Source of the DNA: an uncultured Nitrososphaeraceae archaeon
GTDB taxonomy: Archaea; Thermoproteota; Nitrososphaeria; Nitrososphaerales; Nitrososphaeraceae
DNA length: 64,000 bases
Assembly (NCBI GenBank): GCA_963837175.1
Contig: CAWIMJ010000009.1
Location: 65,968 to 129,967, forward strand
Direction: 5' to 3'
Shown here: in pieces, positions 21,814 through 32,263 of the stretch
Numbering within the stretch: the first letter of the stretch is position 1
Layout of the letters: the number at the start of each line of letters is the position of its first letter
Position numbers and translations under genes: made by a program
Notes under the pieces: generated by a model
Seen by the model: only the letters and a program-made list of their open reading frames with translations
Databases searched by the model: none
What the model was told of the DNA's origin: nothing

Positions 21814-22411
21814 AATGTAGTATACAAACAGGCTGTTATACTACATAATAAGTGATAATATTTATATCTTAATTACTACTTCAGTAAAATGTTATGAATA
21901 CGACATCTAGAACTCTTTGCTATTAATATTAACAGTATGAATAAAAGGGGCTGTGCATAAATGTATAAGATAATGTATTTATATATATGTATATAAGTAT
22001 CCCATGATTGTTCCATATTATTTTGTATACATAATGATCAGGTATGTTAAACTCTTAATATGATGTCCAAATATTAGTTAACAATAACATTCTGATAATA
22101 ATAATTATTATAATAATTATACCATTTCTGTAGTAGCAAAGGGGTGCCAAATAACAATTTTATGCCTGACGAATTAGAACCAAACAATTTCTATGGCTCA
22201 TTATGGCAGGTTATTCTTTATCCATAACATTCAAAAATCAAGTCCTTTGTCATTTGTAATATATAATCGTTGATTAGTTGTCCAAAAAATACAAAGATGA
22301 AAGTTACAATCGTCGTTATTTTTTGTGATTAAAAACACTATCTCTCAGACTAAGCTTATTCATCCCACAACACTAATACAAGTGGTTCATGCAATTAAAT
22401 TGTTAAAATAT

Positions 22412-23308
22412 ATGCTGAGTGAAGGAAATGATTTACGTGAAAAGAAATTGCGAGGTTCTGGTGGATATGTTTTTGCTAATGTAACAGATGAGGAACAGAA
22501 AAAAGGAAACCTCGGAGGCCCTGAATTATTTCTCGCTGGAGTAGGTAGGTTAAATGAGGACAGGTTTTCAAAATACTACTGTAACAAATGTGAGAAGGAA
22601 TATGAAGGATCTCCTGCAATACATTATGAAAATCCAAATGAAGATCTTGGAGAGGATGTTACTCTTGTAGAAAAAGGTGAATACAAATGCAGTACTTGCA
22701 ACAATATTATCGCACAATATCGTAAATTCGATGCTCCTGCTGTTCAGACTACCGTAAATACTCCAAATACATCCAAGCAAACACAGTACTCTGAAGATAA
22801 TAAATATAAATTGCCTTCTTCCTCTATAACTTCACAACAACAAGAAAGATCTACTTCTCCTAGCACTGTAGATATGAGTAATATTACACAGGCTCACGCA
22901 GTCGATGATAAAGGAACAGGATTTATTTCTATTCAATCCCTTGTTGGTATGCCTGCATATAATAGCGAAGCAATGCTAATGGGAAGAGTTGCGGAAATTG
23001 GATTACGCAGATTGCAAGGAAGAAACATGCAAATTACTCTCAAAATTGCAAATGAGGATAATGAGGCTAATAATAGTAGTAGTAGTAGCAGCCATAATCA
23101 ATCAACTGAGGTTTCATGGGAAAATATTTCAAAAATTGGAGATATAATCCTTGTAGTTGGAAAGAGAGAAGTAATCCCGACTCCTGATTCTGGTACTGAC
23201 GCTACTGTAACTAACAGGTCAGGTAATAAGAAGTGTTCATCATGTGGTTATCAAAATCAAGAAGATGCTGTTTTTTGTGAAGAATGTGGAAATAAGTTGG
23301 TTAAATGA
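22412..23308 (+). CDS. Zn-finger / PRC-barrel / zinc-ribbon protein
   Basis: CNKC..CSTC; PRC-like LVGMPAYNSEA..VSWENISKIGDIIL; CSSC..CEEC; ATG 22412 preferred. Confidence 0.78.
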   Translation: MLSEGNDLREKKLRGSGGYVFANVTDEEQKKGNLGGPELFLAGVGRLNEDRFSKYYCNKCEKEYEGSPAIHYENPNEDLGEDVTLVEKGEYKCSTCNNIIAQYRKFDAPAVQTTVNTPNTSKQTQYSEDNKYKLPSSSITSQQQERSTSPSTVDMSNITQAHAVDDKGTGFISIQSLVGMPAYNSEAMLMGRVAEIGLRRLQGRNMQITLKIANEDNEANNSSSSSSHNQSTEVSWENISKIGDIILVVGKREVIPTPDSGTDATVTNRSGNKKCSSCGYQNQEDAVFCEECGNKLVK

Positions 23309-23333
23309 CAGTTAAATGACAACACAAAATTAT

Positions 23334-25454
23334 TTATCCCTTCCTCAATCCGATTCGTACGTCCACTGCTCGGGCTCCTTTTCCTTCTTCTAATACCAAT
23401 AATGGATTCATATCAAATTCTTCAATTTCAGGAAAGTCAGTAACTAACTGTGAGAGTCTTTGAAGACTGTCTACTATTGCTTTCAAATCTGATGGTTTCT
23501 CCCCCCTAACTCCTTTCAATATCTTTATCGTTTTTATCGATTGAATCATTCTTATTGCTTCCTGCTCATCAATCGGTGCAATCCTAAACACAACATCTTT
23601 AAGAAGTTCAACATAAATACCTCCAAGACCAAACATTATAACCGGCCCAAATAATGGGTCTTGTTTTGATCCAAGAATTGTTTCCTTCCCGGATTTTACC
23701 ATTTCCTGCACAAGGACTCCTTTGATTGTTGCGTTGGCATTGTATTTCTTTGCATTAGCCATTACTGTATTAAATCCCGCTTTCACCTCATCATCGTTTT
23801 TAACTCCGACTCTGACCCCACCAGCGTCTGATTTGTGGATTATATCTTGTGATGATATCTTCATTACAACGGGATAACCGATCTCCTGAGCAGCTTTGAC
23901 ACATTCATTTTCGCTAGTTCCAAGAATACTTTTTGGAGTAGGAAAGCCATATGAAGTAAGAACTTCATAACCCTCTTCCTCTAATAGATTTGTTCTGCCT
24001 TGATTTAGAACATTAGCAAAAACTGTCTTTACTCTTTCTACGTCTGCCTTAAATCGTTTTGATTCACCTTTAGGACTTGTTAACCAATTTCTGAAGCGAT
24101 ACATTGCTTCAAGGCTTCTTATTGCCTGTTCAGCATACATGAAATGTGGTATTCCTCCATCGGATAGAATCTGTTTGTTTTCAGTACCCTCTGCAAGACC
24201 CATCAATGCGGCTAACATTGTTTTGTCAGAACCTTTTGACTTATTAACAATAGTCCTTGCTAGCTCATTGTAATCCAAAGTAGCTGATGGAGTACACATT
24301 GTTACTACTGAGTCTACATTGTTATTTGATAATATTTCATCTAATACCTTTTCAAAGCGCTTAAAATCTGCATCACCTACTATATCTATAGGGTTTCTTG
24401 CAGATCCGTGGGCTGGAATTACTTTAGTAATAGCCTCGCTCGATGCAGATATATCAGCCATCTTAAGGCCATACTTTGAACAGGCATCAGTAGAAATAAT
24501 AGCAGGTCCGCCAGCATTTGATACTATAACAACTCCTCCTCCTTTCTGTGAAGGTATCGGCTGTTTGGAAAAGGCTGTGGACAGTTCAAATAACTCTTGC
24601 ATAGTATCTACTCTAATTACTCCAGACTGAGTAAATAGAGAATCATAAATTTCGTCAGATCCCATTAACGCTCCTGTATGCGACATAGCAGCTTTGGCAC
24701 CTTCTGGTGTTCTGCCAGCTTTTAATACCATAATTGGTTTTCCATCCTTGGTAATTCTTTTAGCAATTTCCATAAATCTTCGACCATTATGTATATCTTC
24801 GAGATACATCACAATAACCCTAGTATCTATATCTTCAGACAATAATTCCAGAACATCATTTTCATTCATGTCTACTTTGTTACCCATACTGATTACTTTT
24901 GAAAAGCCAATGCCTTGAGCCATAGCGTCTTCTACTGTGGCTGCGCAGATCGCACCACTCTGAGAGACCAGAGCAATTCCACCATGTTTTGGTGTAATTT
25001 TTAAAAAAGTCGCATTCATCATATTTTTTTCAGATAAGCTCATAATTCCAAGACAATTTGGACCTATGATCCTTGTGCCGTACTTTCTTCCAATTGTTCC
25101 AACCTCTTCTTCGAGCCTTCTACCTTGCTCATCAACTTCTTTGAATCCTGCAGAAACTATAATTGCACCTTTAATTTTTTTCTTGCCAATCTCTTCCATG
25201 ACGGAAGCTACTATTCTATTTGGAGTTGCAACTACTGCAAGATCAATATCTTCAGGAACATCAAGAACACTTTTGTAAGCTTGCAGTCCAAAGATTGTAG
25301 GATTAGAAGGAGTAATTGGATATATTTTGCCATTGTATCCATTTTTGATGTTAGAAAAGATCGCTTTGCCAATTCCTTGTTTTTCTGAAGCTCCAATAAC
25401 AGCGATAGATCTAGGAGAAAGAAAGATGTTCTTTGAGTCGTTAGACGACGACAT
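23334..25454 (-). CDS. ADP-forming acyl-CoA synthetase (alpha-beta fusion), likely 4-hydroxybutyryl-CoA synthetase of the thaumarchaeal 3HP/4HB cycle
   Basis: GPNCLG, SQSGAIC, SHTGALMGS, HKSDAGGV; domain order and sequence resemble Nmar_0206 as I recall it. Confidence 0.88.
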   Translation of the reverse strand: MSSSNDSKNIFLSPRSIAVIGASEKQGIGKAIFSNIKNGYNGKIYPITPSNPTIFGLQAYKSVLDVPEDIDLAVVATPNRIVASVMEEIGKKKIKGAIIVSAGFKEVDEQGRRLEEEVGTIGRKYGTRIIGPNCLGIMSLSEKNMMNATFLKITPKHGGIALVSQSGAICAATVEDAMAQGIGFSKVISMGNKVDMNENDVLELLSEDIDTRVIVMYLEDIHNGRRFMEIAKRITKDGKPIMVLKAGRTPEGAKAAMSHTGALMGSDEIYDSLFTQSGVIRVDTMQELFELSTAFSKQPIPSQKGGGVVIVSNAGGPAIISTDACSKYGLKMADISASSEAITKVIPAHGSARNPIDIVGDADFKRFEKVLDEILSNNNVDSVVTMCTPSATLDYNELARTIVNKSKGSDKTMLAALMGLAEGTENKQILSDGGIPHFMYAEQAIRSLEAMYRFRNWLTSPKGESKRFKADVERVKTVFANVLNQGRTNLLEEEGYEVLTSYGFPTPKSILGTSENECVKAAQEIGYPVVMKISSQDIIHKSDAGGVRVGVKNDDEVKAGFNTVMANAKKYNANATIKGVLVQEMVKSGKETILGSKQDPLFGPVIMFGLGGIYVELLKDVVFRIAPIDEQEAIRMIQSIKTIKILKGVRGEKPSDLKAIVDSLQRLSQLVTDFPEIEEFDMNPLLVLEEGKGARAVDVRIGLRKG

Positions 25455-25701
25455 ATAAAAATAAAATTAAGGTATGATAGTTATAAATGCATCCTATACA
25501 AGAAAACACTATGACATAGTTTACATATTATCTATCTAAAACCTACATTCCCAAATTTATGTCATCATTTTTTGTAATAGAAGATATTGAATTAATTGAA
25601 GAGGGAACTAGTATAGGGTTGCGTATACTATCTCTTCTGCTTATCTAATATTCAATCAATAAACAGTAACCTTTAATTTCTATTGCTAAAGAGAAAATTT
25701 A

Positions 25702-27087
25702 TTGAGTAATATAATTAGCACAACAGTTGATTCCGAGACTAGAGGTCTTATTTCTGACCTACAGGCCTTGATCAGGCAGCCAAGTGTTTCTGCAAGACGA
25801 GTAGGCCTTTTGGAATGTGCCAACCTTGTGGCACATATTATGCTTAAATCAGGAATTAACTCTGAAGTATTATACCTTGATAACGATGATTTGAAGAATG
25901 CTAAAAAAGATGTTCCGCCTATAGTTTATGGAGAAGTTAAATCAAAAGCAAATCCTAATGGAAGAACAATTTTATTTTACAATCATTATGATGTTCAACC
26001 TGAAGAACCTTTGGAGTTATGGAAAGCAGATCCATTTAGTGGTAAAGTTGAAGGTAACTATATCTTTGGGCGTGGATCTTCAGACGATAAGGGTGAACTA
26101 ATTACTCGCATTAAGGCAGTAGAGTATTTTCTAAAGAAGACTGGCGACGTACCATGTAATGTGAAATTTATTGTTGAAGGCGAGGAAGAAATTGGAAGCT
26201 TGCATATTGAAAAGTACCTTACCAAGTATCGACATAAACTTGCATGTGATGGAGTAATCTGGGAATTTGGTTATATTGATGAAAGAGATCGGCCCATCAT
26301 TAGTTTAGGAATGAAGGGATTGCTTTACATTGAACTAATAGCTAAAGGACCGTCTAGAGATGCTCATTCAAGTCTAGCAGTATTAATTGAAAACCCCGCG
26401 TGGCAACTTGTAAGAGCACTAAACACAATGAGAGACCACAATGGAAAAATATTGATCAAAGATTGGTATAAAGATGTAAGAGAATTCACTCCTAAAGAAC
26501 TTGCATTAATAGCTAATGAGCCATTTGATGAGGAGAAATTTAAAAAAGAGTATGGAATAGATAAGTTTGTTAATAATGTAACAGGAATGGGATCTAACAT
26601 GGCATTTGTTGGAATGGCCACATGCAATATCGCTGGTCTTTTATCAGGCTATACAGGCGAGGGTGCCAAAACTGTTCTTCCTTCAGACGCCAAAGCTAAA
26701 ATTGATTTTAGACTTGTTCCTGATATGATTCCTGAAAAACAGTTTGAGCTCATCAAAAATCATCTAAAGGATAATGGATTCGAAGATGATATCGATATAA
26801 AGTTAATCCATGGTGAGGCAGCCATAAGAATACCTCTTAATCATTCTTTTGTAAAGCAGGTCGAAGAATCAGCGAAGGAGACTTTTGGTTCGGCGATTAT
26901 TAGTATATCCTCCGCTGGAACCGGACCGATGCATACCTTTGCCAAAATACTTTGCGCACCTTGTGTTTCTGTTGGTAGTACATATATGTATGCGAAAATT
27001 CATTCGCCAAATGAATTTGCAAGAATTGATCTGCTAAATAAGACAACAAAATGTATTGGCGCTATTTTAGACAAGTTTGCTAGCTAA
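25702..27087 (+). CDS. M20-family metallopeptidase
   Basis: HYDVQP, GRGSSDDKG, EGEEEIGS, IHSPNE. Confidence 0.92.
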   Translation: MSNIISTTVDSETRGLISDLQALIRQPSVSARRVGLLECANLVAHIMLKSGINSEVLYLDNDDLKNAKKDVPPIVYGEVKSKANPNGRTILFYNHYDVQPEEPLELWKADPFSGKVEGNYIFGRGSSDDKGELITRIKAVEYFLKKTGDVPCNVKFIVEGEEEIGSLHIEKYLTKYRHKLACDGVIWEFGYIDERDRPIISLGMKGLLYIELIAKGPSRDAHSSLAVLIENPAWQLVRALNTMRDHNGKILIKDWYKDVREFTPKELALIANEPFDEEKFKKEYGIDKFVNNVTGMGSNMAFVGMATCNIAGLLSGYTGEGAKTVLPSDAKAKIDFRLVPDMIPEKQFELIKNHLKDNGFEDDIDIKLIHGEAAIRIPLNHSFVKQVEESAKETFGSAIISISSAGTGPMHTFAKILCAPCVSVGSTYMYAKIHSPNEFARIDLLNKTTKCIGAILDKFAS

Positions 27088-27341
27088 TATTGAAGTTAAA
27101 ACCGCATAGAATATCTCGAGTCACCCCATTTGCCAATAAGAAGTAAAGATAATAATGCGCTCTAATGTAATAAAAGCAAATTACACACCACGTAATATGC
27201 AGAAGATAATTATTATTGTGGTGAACTAGTTTTAGTTGTTTTTAGTTGTAGAGTTAATAGTATTTATAAAATTACAATAATATTGAGCTTGTCAGAGAAT
27301 ATTTCCAACTAGCGCTTTAATCGCTATATTCTATTGTTGAA

Positions 27342-27983
27342 TCAAAACTTGACTCCAAGCTTTTGAAAAATAATTTTTTCTGAAGGTCGTGTAGGGTGAG
27401 ATATTATCTCTAAAGAAAGGTCATCTTCATTCATCATTTCTACATTTAGCTTCACAATGCTTTTTTTGTGTAAAAGTCGTTTGCTAGTTGGAGATTGAAT
27501 CCATTCTGTGTATTTTTTATAACGGATCATACTCGTTGCGAGAATTGGAACATTCAGATGTGTGCCATGTTTTAACAATAACATGAGAAAAATTGAAAGT
27601 AGATGATTTATATTACTAAATCCTCTTCCTGACTCGATATCAATTTTCTTGTAATACATATTATAAAAGTTATTGATAGAATCAAAAATAACAATTGATG
27701 AATCATACATATCTTCAATGACATCTTTTAAAATTGACTCGAATCTATCTTCTGTTGGAAGATAAATATTAATTGTTTTACTAATATATTTTTTATTTTT
27801 TAATAACAATATTAAGTCTGCCTTCGCATATGCCGCAAACATGGTATCAAGATCAATATATATTACTTTTTTTTGACACCATGATGATATCATAGAAGTA
27901 AAACAAAGCTTTGCATAGGGATCATTATATGTTAGGCTATTCAATCCCTTTGTACTAAAGATATCATTATAGGCAGTATCCAC
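27342..27983 (-). CDS. Degenerate RecA/RadB-like fold protein, hypothetical
   Basis: VIYIDLDT and IVIFDSI resemble RecA-fold strands; no intact Walker A; GTG 27983 chosen to avoid overlap. Confidence 0.55.
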   Translation of the reverse strand: MDTAYNDIFSTKGLNSLTYNDPYAKLCFTSMISSWCQKKVIYIDLDTMFAAYAKADLILLLKNKKYISKTINIYLPTEDRFESILKDVIEDMYDSSIVIFDSINNFYNMYYKKIDIESGRGFSNINHLLSIFLMLLLKHGTHLNVPILATSMIRYKKYTEWIQSPTSKRLLHKKSIVKLNVEMMNEDDLSLEIISHPTRPSEKIIFQKLGVKF

Positions 27984-27998
27984 TTCTATATTGGTTAT

Positions 27999-29207
27999 AT
28001 GGATGATGCAGGATATAATGGATTTTATGGTGATAATGGCATTGAATTTGATCTGATTCAAAAGGACTTTCCAGTTACAAGAAAGAAAGTTTACATGAAT
28101 AATGGAGCCATTGCTCCAACTCCAATCTCTACAATCAAATCAATTACTGACTTTCTTTTAAAATGTTCTGAAGATGGACCTGATTCTAAAATAACATACG
28201 ACTATATCGTTTCATTAATGAAAGAACTACGTACTCGAATTACTCATATAATAAATTGTGATCCTAATGAAATTGTATTCACTCAGAGCACTACAGAAGG
28301 CCTCAATTATGTCTGCAATGGTATAGACTGGAAAAAAAATGATTCTGTTATTATTAGAGGTGGACCTCAAGAACATTATGCTAATTACCTGCCATGGCTG
28401 CAATTATCAAAAAGAAAAGTTGTAAAACTAAACGAATTAGAGATTGATGAAAATGGATATTTTGATCTTACAAATTTAGAGAAATTGGCAAAAAAGAAAA
28501 ATACAAAACTAATCACATTGAGTCATGCACTTTATAATTCTGGTGCAATAATGCCGGTTGAGGAGACTGGTAAAATTGCACGTGAAAATAATGTCTTATA
28601 TTGTATCGATGCTGCCCAGACAGTGGGCTCAATTAAAGTGGATGTAAAGAAAATAGGTTGTGATTTTATGGCATTTCCTGGATTTAAATGGCTGTGTGGA
28701 CCTGTTGGTATTGGAATATTTTATTGTAGTAAAAATGCTGGTGATCTTCTAAGGCCACAATCTATCGGAGGAGAATCGGCAATACTGTCAGATCAGAAAG
28801 TTATTGCCTATATTGAATCTCCTCAAAAATTTCAGACCGGATTTCGGAATTATCCTGGTGTTGCAGGATTGGAATCCTCATTACGGTATATTTTACGTTT
28901 AGGTATCGCAAATATTCATAAGAATAATATAAAAATCGGAAATATATTACGAAGTGAACTTTTGAAGATCCCTGGCATTAAAATTCATGGACCAGAAGAT
29001 GAAAAAACAAGAACATCCATAATTCCATTTTCCTCTTCTAATTCAGAGGCTAAAACTCTCGTAGATAAACTGGAACAAAATGAAATTATATTTGCTGAAA
29101 GGGATATTGGTGGTGGAAAAAAGATAGTTAGAGCGTCACCACACTTTTTTAATAGGGAGGAAGATGCTTTAAAGGCAGTGAATTGTATTAAAAGTATTTT
29201 GAGATGA
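27999..29207 (+). CDS. Class V PLP-dependent aminotransferase (cysteine desulfurase-like)
   Basis: STTEGLN, EHYAN, DAAQ, GFKWLCGP, RASPHFFN. Confidence 0.9.
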   Translation: MDDAGYNGFYGDNGIEFDLIQKDFPVTRKKVYMNNGAIAPTPISTIKSITDFLLKCSEDGPDSKITYDYIVSLMKELRTRITHIINCDPNEIVFTQSTTEGLNYVCNGIDWKKNDSVIIRGGPQEHYANYLPWLQLSKRKVVKLNELEIDENGYFDLTNLEKLAKKKNTKLITLSHALYNSGAIMPVEETGKIARENNVLYCIDAAQTVGSIKVDVKKIGCDFMAFPGFKWLCGPVGIGIFYCSKNAGDLLRPQSIGGESAILSDQKVIAYIESPQKFQTGFRNYPGVAGLESSLRYILRLGIANIHKNNIKIGNILRSELLKIPGIKIHGPEDEKTRTSIIPFSSSNSEAKTLVDKLEQNEIIFAERDIGGGKKIVRASPHFFNREEDALKAVNCIKSILR

Positions 29208-29219
29208 TTATTATTATTA

Positions 29220-29480
29220 CTATTGCTTCCCTTTATTCTCTTGACCTTCGATCACAATCATAGTAAGAGTTGATCTTACTTTATCAATTCTTCTTACATG
29301 CCAAGTGATAGTTTCCCTCAGTTTATCCATTGTATCTGATCTAATCTTAAGAATTATGTCATAAACACCGTAGACTCCGCTAACTTCAATGACTTCAGGT
29401 AATTTTTTCAGTTCTTTTAAAATCTCTTCCTCAGAGCCAAGGTCGCAGTTTATTAGAACATATGCCGTCGGCATGGTCAA
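29220..29480 (-). CDS. Lrp/AsnC ligand-binding (RAM) domain protein
   Basis: AYVLIN..VYGVYDII..STLTMIV. Confidence 0.9.
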   Translation of the reverse strand: MTMPTAYVLINCDLGSEEEILKELKKLPEVIEVSGVYGVYDIILKIRSDTMDKLRETITWHVRRIDKVRSTLTMIVIEGQENKGKQ

Positions 29481-29761
29481 TAATTATATTCTGCGAGTAT
29501 TAAACTGTTTTTAGTTTATAGAGGGGTTGAACAAAAAAACACAAAGAAATAATTGAAAATAATTAATTCTCCTATGAAAATATGCAAATAAAGAGTTAGA
29601 AAGACGAAACAATTCAATTCATCATATCAGCCGAGTCTTATATAAGACTTGTTCAGAGATTAATAAAAGAGAGAGTGCTGTTTTAGAATATATTGGGAAT
29701 ATAAACAATCAATATGTTTTCTTTTGTCTATTTTTTATTCTCTTCTTCATAATAGTTTTTG

Positions 29762-30253
29762 TTATTCAGAAGCAATAGCAATATGCTTGGCAAATCGAGT
29801 GCACATTAGCAGATGTTTTTTCTCTTCTTGTAAAATTGATTTTACCTTAGTTGCAAATTGTCTGTTTTTAACACTTTTTGCCATTGCATTTAAGACCTCA
29901 TAATGTGTTACCTCACCACCTTCTGCTAGACACAGAAATTCTATTGCTTCTGAAGAGTCAGGTTCTTCACCAAGATATATTTTCATCATCTCTGAAGCTT
30001 TTTGTTTAGTTTCTTCTGCCACTTCTTGAATATTTTTAGAGTCCAATTCCTCTGACCCGGATAACTTTTCAACCAATTCTTCAATCTGTATCTGATGATT
30101 GTTAGCTTCTTTTTTCATTCCCTCTAACTTGCTCTTAAGTCCAGCTTGATCCAATAATCCTTTTAAAGACAATTCCTCCACTGCTTTTTGAGCAGCTATT
30201 TCTAAACCAAGAGCCTCACCTATCTTTTGTTCAAGTTTTTGCTTTTCGGTCAT
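29762..30253 (-). CDS. Ferritin-like four-helix protein (DUF892/YciF-like)
   Basis: EANNH and EEKKH ExxH motifs; EVTHYE. Confidence 0.75.
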   Translation of the reverse strand: MTEKQKLEQKIGEALGLEIAAQKAVEELSLKGLLDQAGLKSKLEGMKKEANNHQIQIEELVEKLSGSEELDSKNIQEVAEETKQKASEMMKIYLGEEPDSSEAIEFLCLAEGGEVTHYEVLNAMAKSVKNRQFATKVKSILQEEKKHLLMCTRFAKHIAIASE

Positions 30254-30623
30254 CTTCTTCGCTTATAAGCTGGAGATAATAGGCTAATAATGGTAGCAGT
30301 TCAAGTTGAATGTATGCTAGCCTAAATATAATTCACATCTTTTAAGAAATGTATGAATGATTAAGTTCTACACGGTAGTGGCAATTATTTTGGGTTAATA
30401 ATGTCAGAACTCACACCAAATGAGAGTCGTATGGGCAATTTGGGGAGGTGATCCATCCAAATTTCGGACTCTTGCCGCATTTGTCATAAATCAATGAAAC
30501 GACGATGCTTTTTATAAATACAACATTCGAGTAAGAGCGAGCTATGTGAAATCCAACTACGGGATCTAGCGTTTTATAACAGATAGTCTTTTCATATTTG
30601 TTGTTAACAGTGTTTTACATCGG

Positions 30624-30953
30624 TTAACCTGCTTTTTTGATATCTATTAATAAGTGTTCACCAACATGCGGAGTTCCTAAATTTTCATAACGCCTCTTCG
30701 GCATTGTAATTTGAATAACCGTTTGTGGATATGATTTGATAACTGTCTGAGGTTGAGCTCTGAGAATAGCTTCTAAAATTGGTTTAATCTGCTGTTTGAC
30801 TTCTTTATCGGTAACCGTAGAATCAATAGCATCTAACATTAATTGCTGTTGTGAAACAGTTTCTAACTCAACGTCTTCAACTAGAGCAAGACTAACATTC
30901 AGACCAGTATCTGTTATTTGGTTAATCTTATAACGAATTAATGAATCTTCCAA
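30624..30953 (-). CDS. Hypothetical protein, possibly arcadin-1-like
   Basis: C-terminal IQITMPKRRYENLGTPHVGEHLLIDI resembles the arcadin-1 C-terminus as I recall it. Confidence 0.55.
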   Translation of the reverse strand: MEDSLIRYKINQITDTGLNVSLALVEDVELETVSQQQLMLDAIDSTVTDKEVKQQIKPILEAILRAQPQTVIKSYPQTVIQITMPKRRYENLGTPHVGEHLLIDIKKAG

Positions 30954-31397
30954 ATCGATAATATTTATGATCTATAAATATATATTATATATTATGTTCG
31001 CTTAGCCCTTACTAATTGAAAACGTCATTAGTTTCTATTACTTGTGAGTACATAATGTTATAAATGTCATTATACGATAAAATATTTTATCCTTTTTCTA
31101 CGTCTGATGACAATTCGTTCGTATTGATAATTTGTTACTGAACTGTTAGTATATAGGAGCCACTAAACTTTTAAAATAGTCTCATGTTTTTATATAAATT
31201 CGATCTACTTTAGAAATACTTTTAAATTTAACTGAATTTTTAGCAAATTTAGTATATTCTTACCTATAATGTCTAGAAATATGTTAATTTCAATTATTTG
31301 TAGAAATACCAAACTAAAAGTTTACAAAATGTATGATGAGAAAAATATCACGAAATCCAGATATTAGTGCGCGTAATAATAAATTTGAGTAGAGATA

Positions 31398-31700
31398 ATG
31401 GCAGAAGATACATCTTCAACATCTTCCAATACTATTCCTTTTCCAACGCTCACTATTTTATATTTACCAGCAGAAGCGGAAAGTATAATTTCAGAAGTAA
31501 GTCAAAAATATTGTAATATCACAGTAGAGGACTGTAAAGGATATTTTCATGGTGGGGTTCAAAAAGACTATAAAAAGATAACTATCTGGAGTCAGGGAAT
31601 CGATAGCCTATGGTTTAATGCGATTATTGCCAGAATTAAGGAACTTAGCAATGTAGAATTTGTGCCAATAGTGTCTGGAGGAATTATGTATTCTATCTAA
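31398..31700 (+). CDS. Hypothetical protein
   Basis: 100-aa ATG ORF with alpha/beta pattern. Confidence 0.65.
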   Translation: MAEDTSSTSSNTIPFPTLTILYLPAEAESIISEVSQKYCNITVEDCKGYFHGGVQKDYKKITIWSQGIDSLWFNAIIARIKELSNVEFVPIVSGGIMYSI

Positions 31701-31849
31701 GACTACAATCTTTTAATGAGGAGAATAAGCAGATACTTATATATGGATCCAAGATATACGAAGCGCGCTCATGGATATATGAAATATATACCTCGTAAAA
31801 TATAGAACGTCACGGACTGAGACAACGATACTACTTTTATGATATCTCA

Positions 31850-31917
31850 TCGATCAGTGGAAATATAATGTTCGGTCAATTTTTCGATCAGTGGAAATAT
31901 AATGTTCGGTCAATTTT
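31850..31917. repeat. Perfect tandem duplication, 34-bp unit x2
   Basis: TCGATCAGTGGAAATATAATGTTCGGTCAATTTT at 31850 and 31884. Confidence 0.92.
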
Positions 31918-32263
31918 TTTCCATAGCATTCACCACATAGATCACCAGAAATATTCCATTGAGACATTGCTTTATATCTAAAATTAATATTATTTCCACA
32001 AAGAGCACATTTTAAATTAGTGACCTTGTTCATTCCTTATTCATGCAGAATATAACTAAATAAAAAAGTTGTGATAATCATAAGCTAACCTAATCTTCTA
32101 TTCTATTTTCGGAGCCCTTATAAACAACCATTTTTTGTACCATGATGCAATATGATATAATTGACCTGTGTTGTAATTTCTGGATGATATTATTATTATT
32201 ATTACAATGCATATTGTCAAGGAATTAATAGGGGTAGTTAATAAAGCATCATAGAATTTCATT

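Noticed and set aside
24319-26627. Short ORFs opposite the synthetase and peptidase (similar cases at 7500, 9830, 34119, 35463, 37588, 39421, 53568, 57896, 61011)
   Set aside because: Antisense shadows of well-supported genes
30400-30575. GC-richer intergenic patch as RNase P, SRP or another ncRNA
   Set aside because: No conserved motifs or long helices; reads more like a decayed micro-ORF (MSELTPNESRMGNLG..CRICHK), too weak to call
31104-31141. TGATGA...CTGA as a C/D box sRNA
   Set aside because: Too short, no convincing C'/D' boxes, and expected by chance in AT-rich DNA
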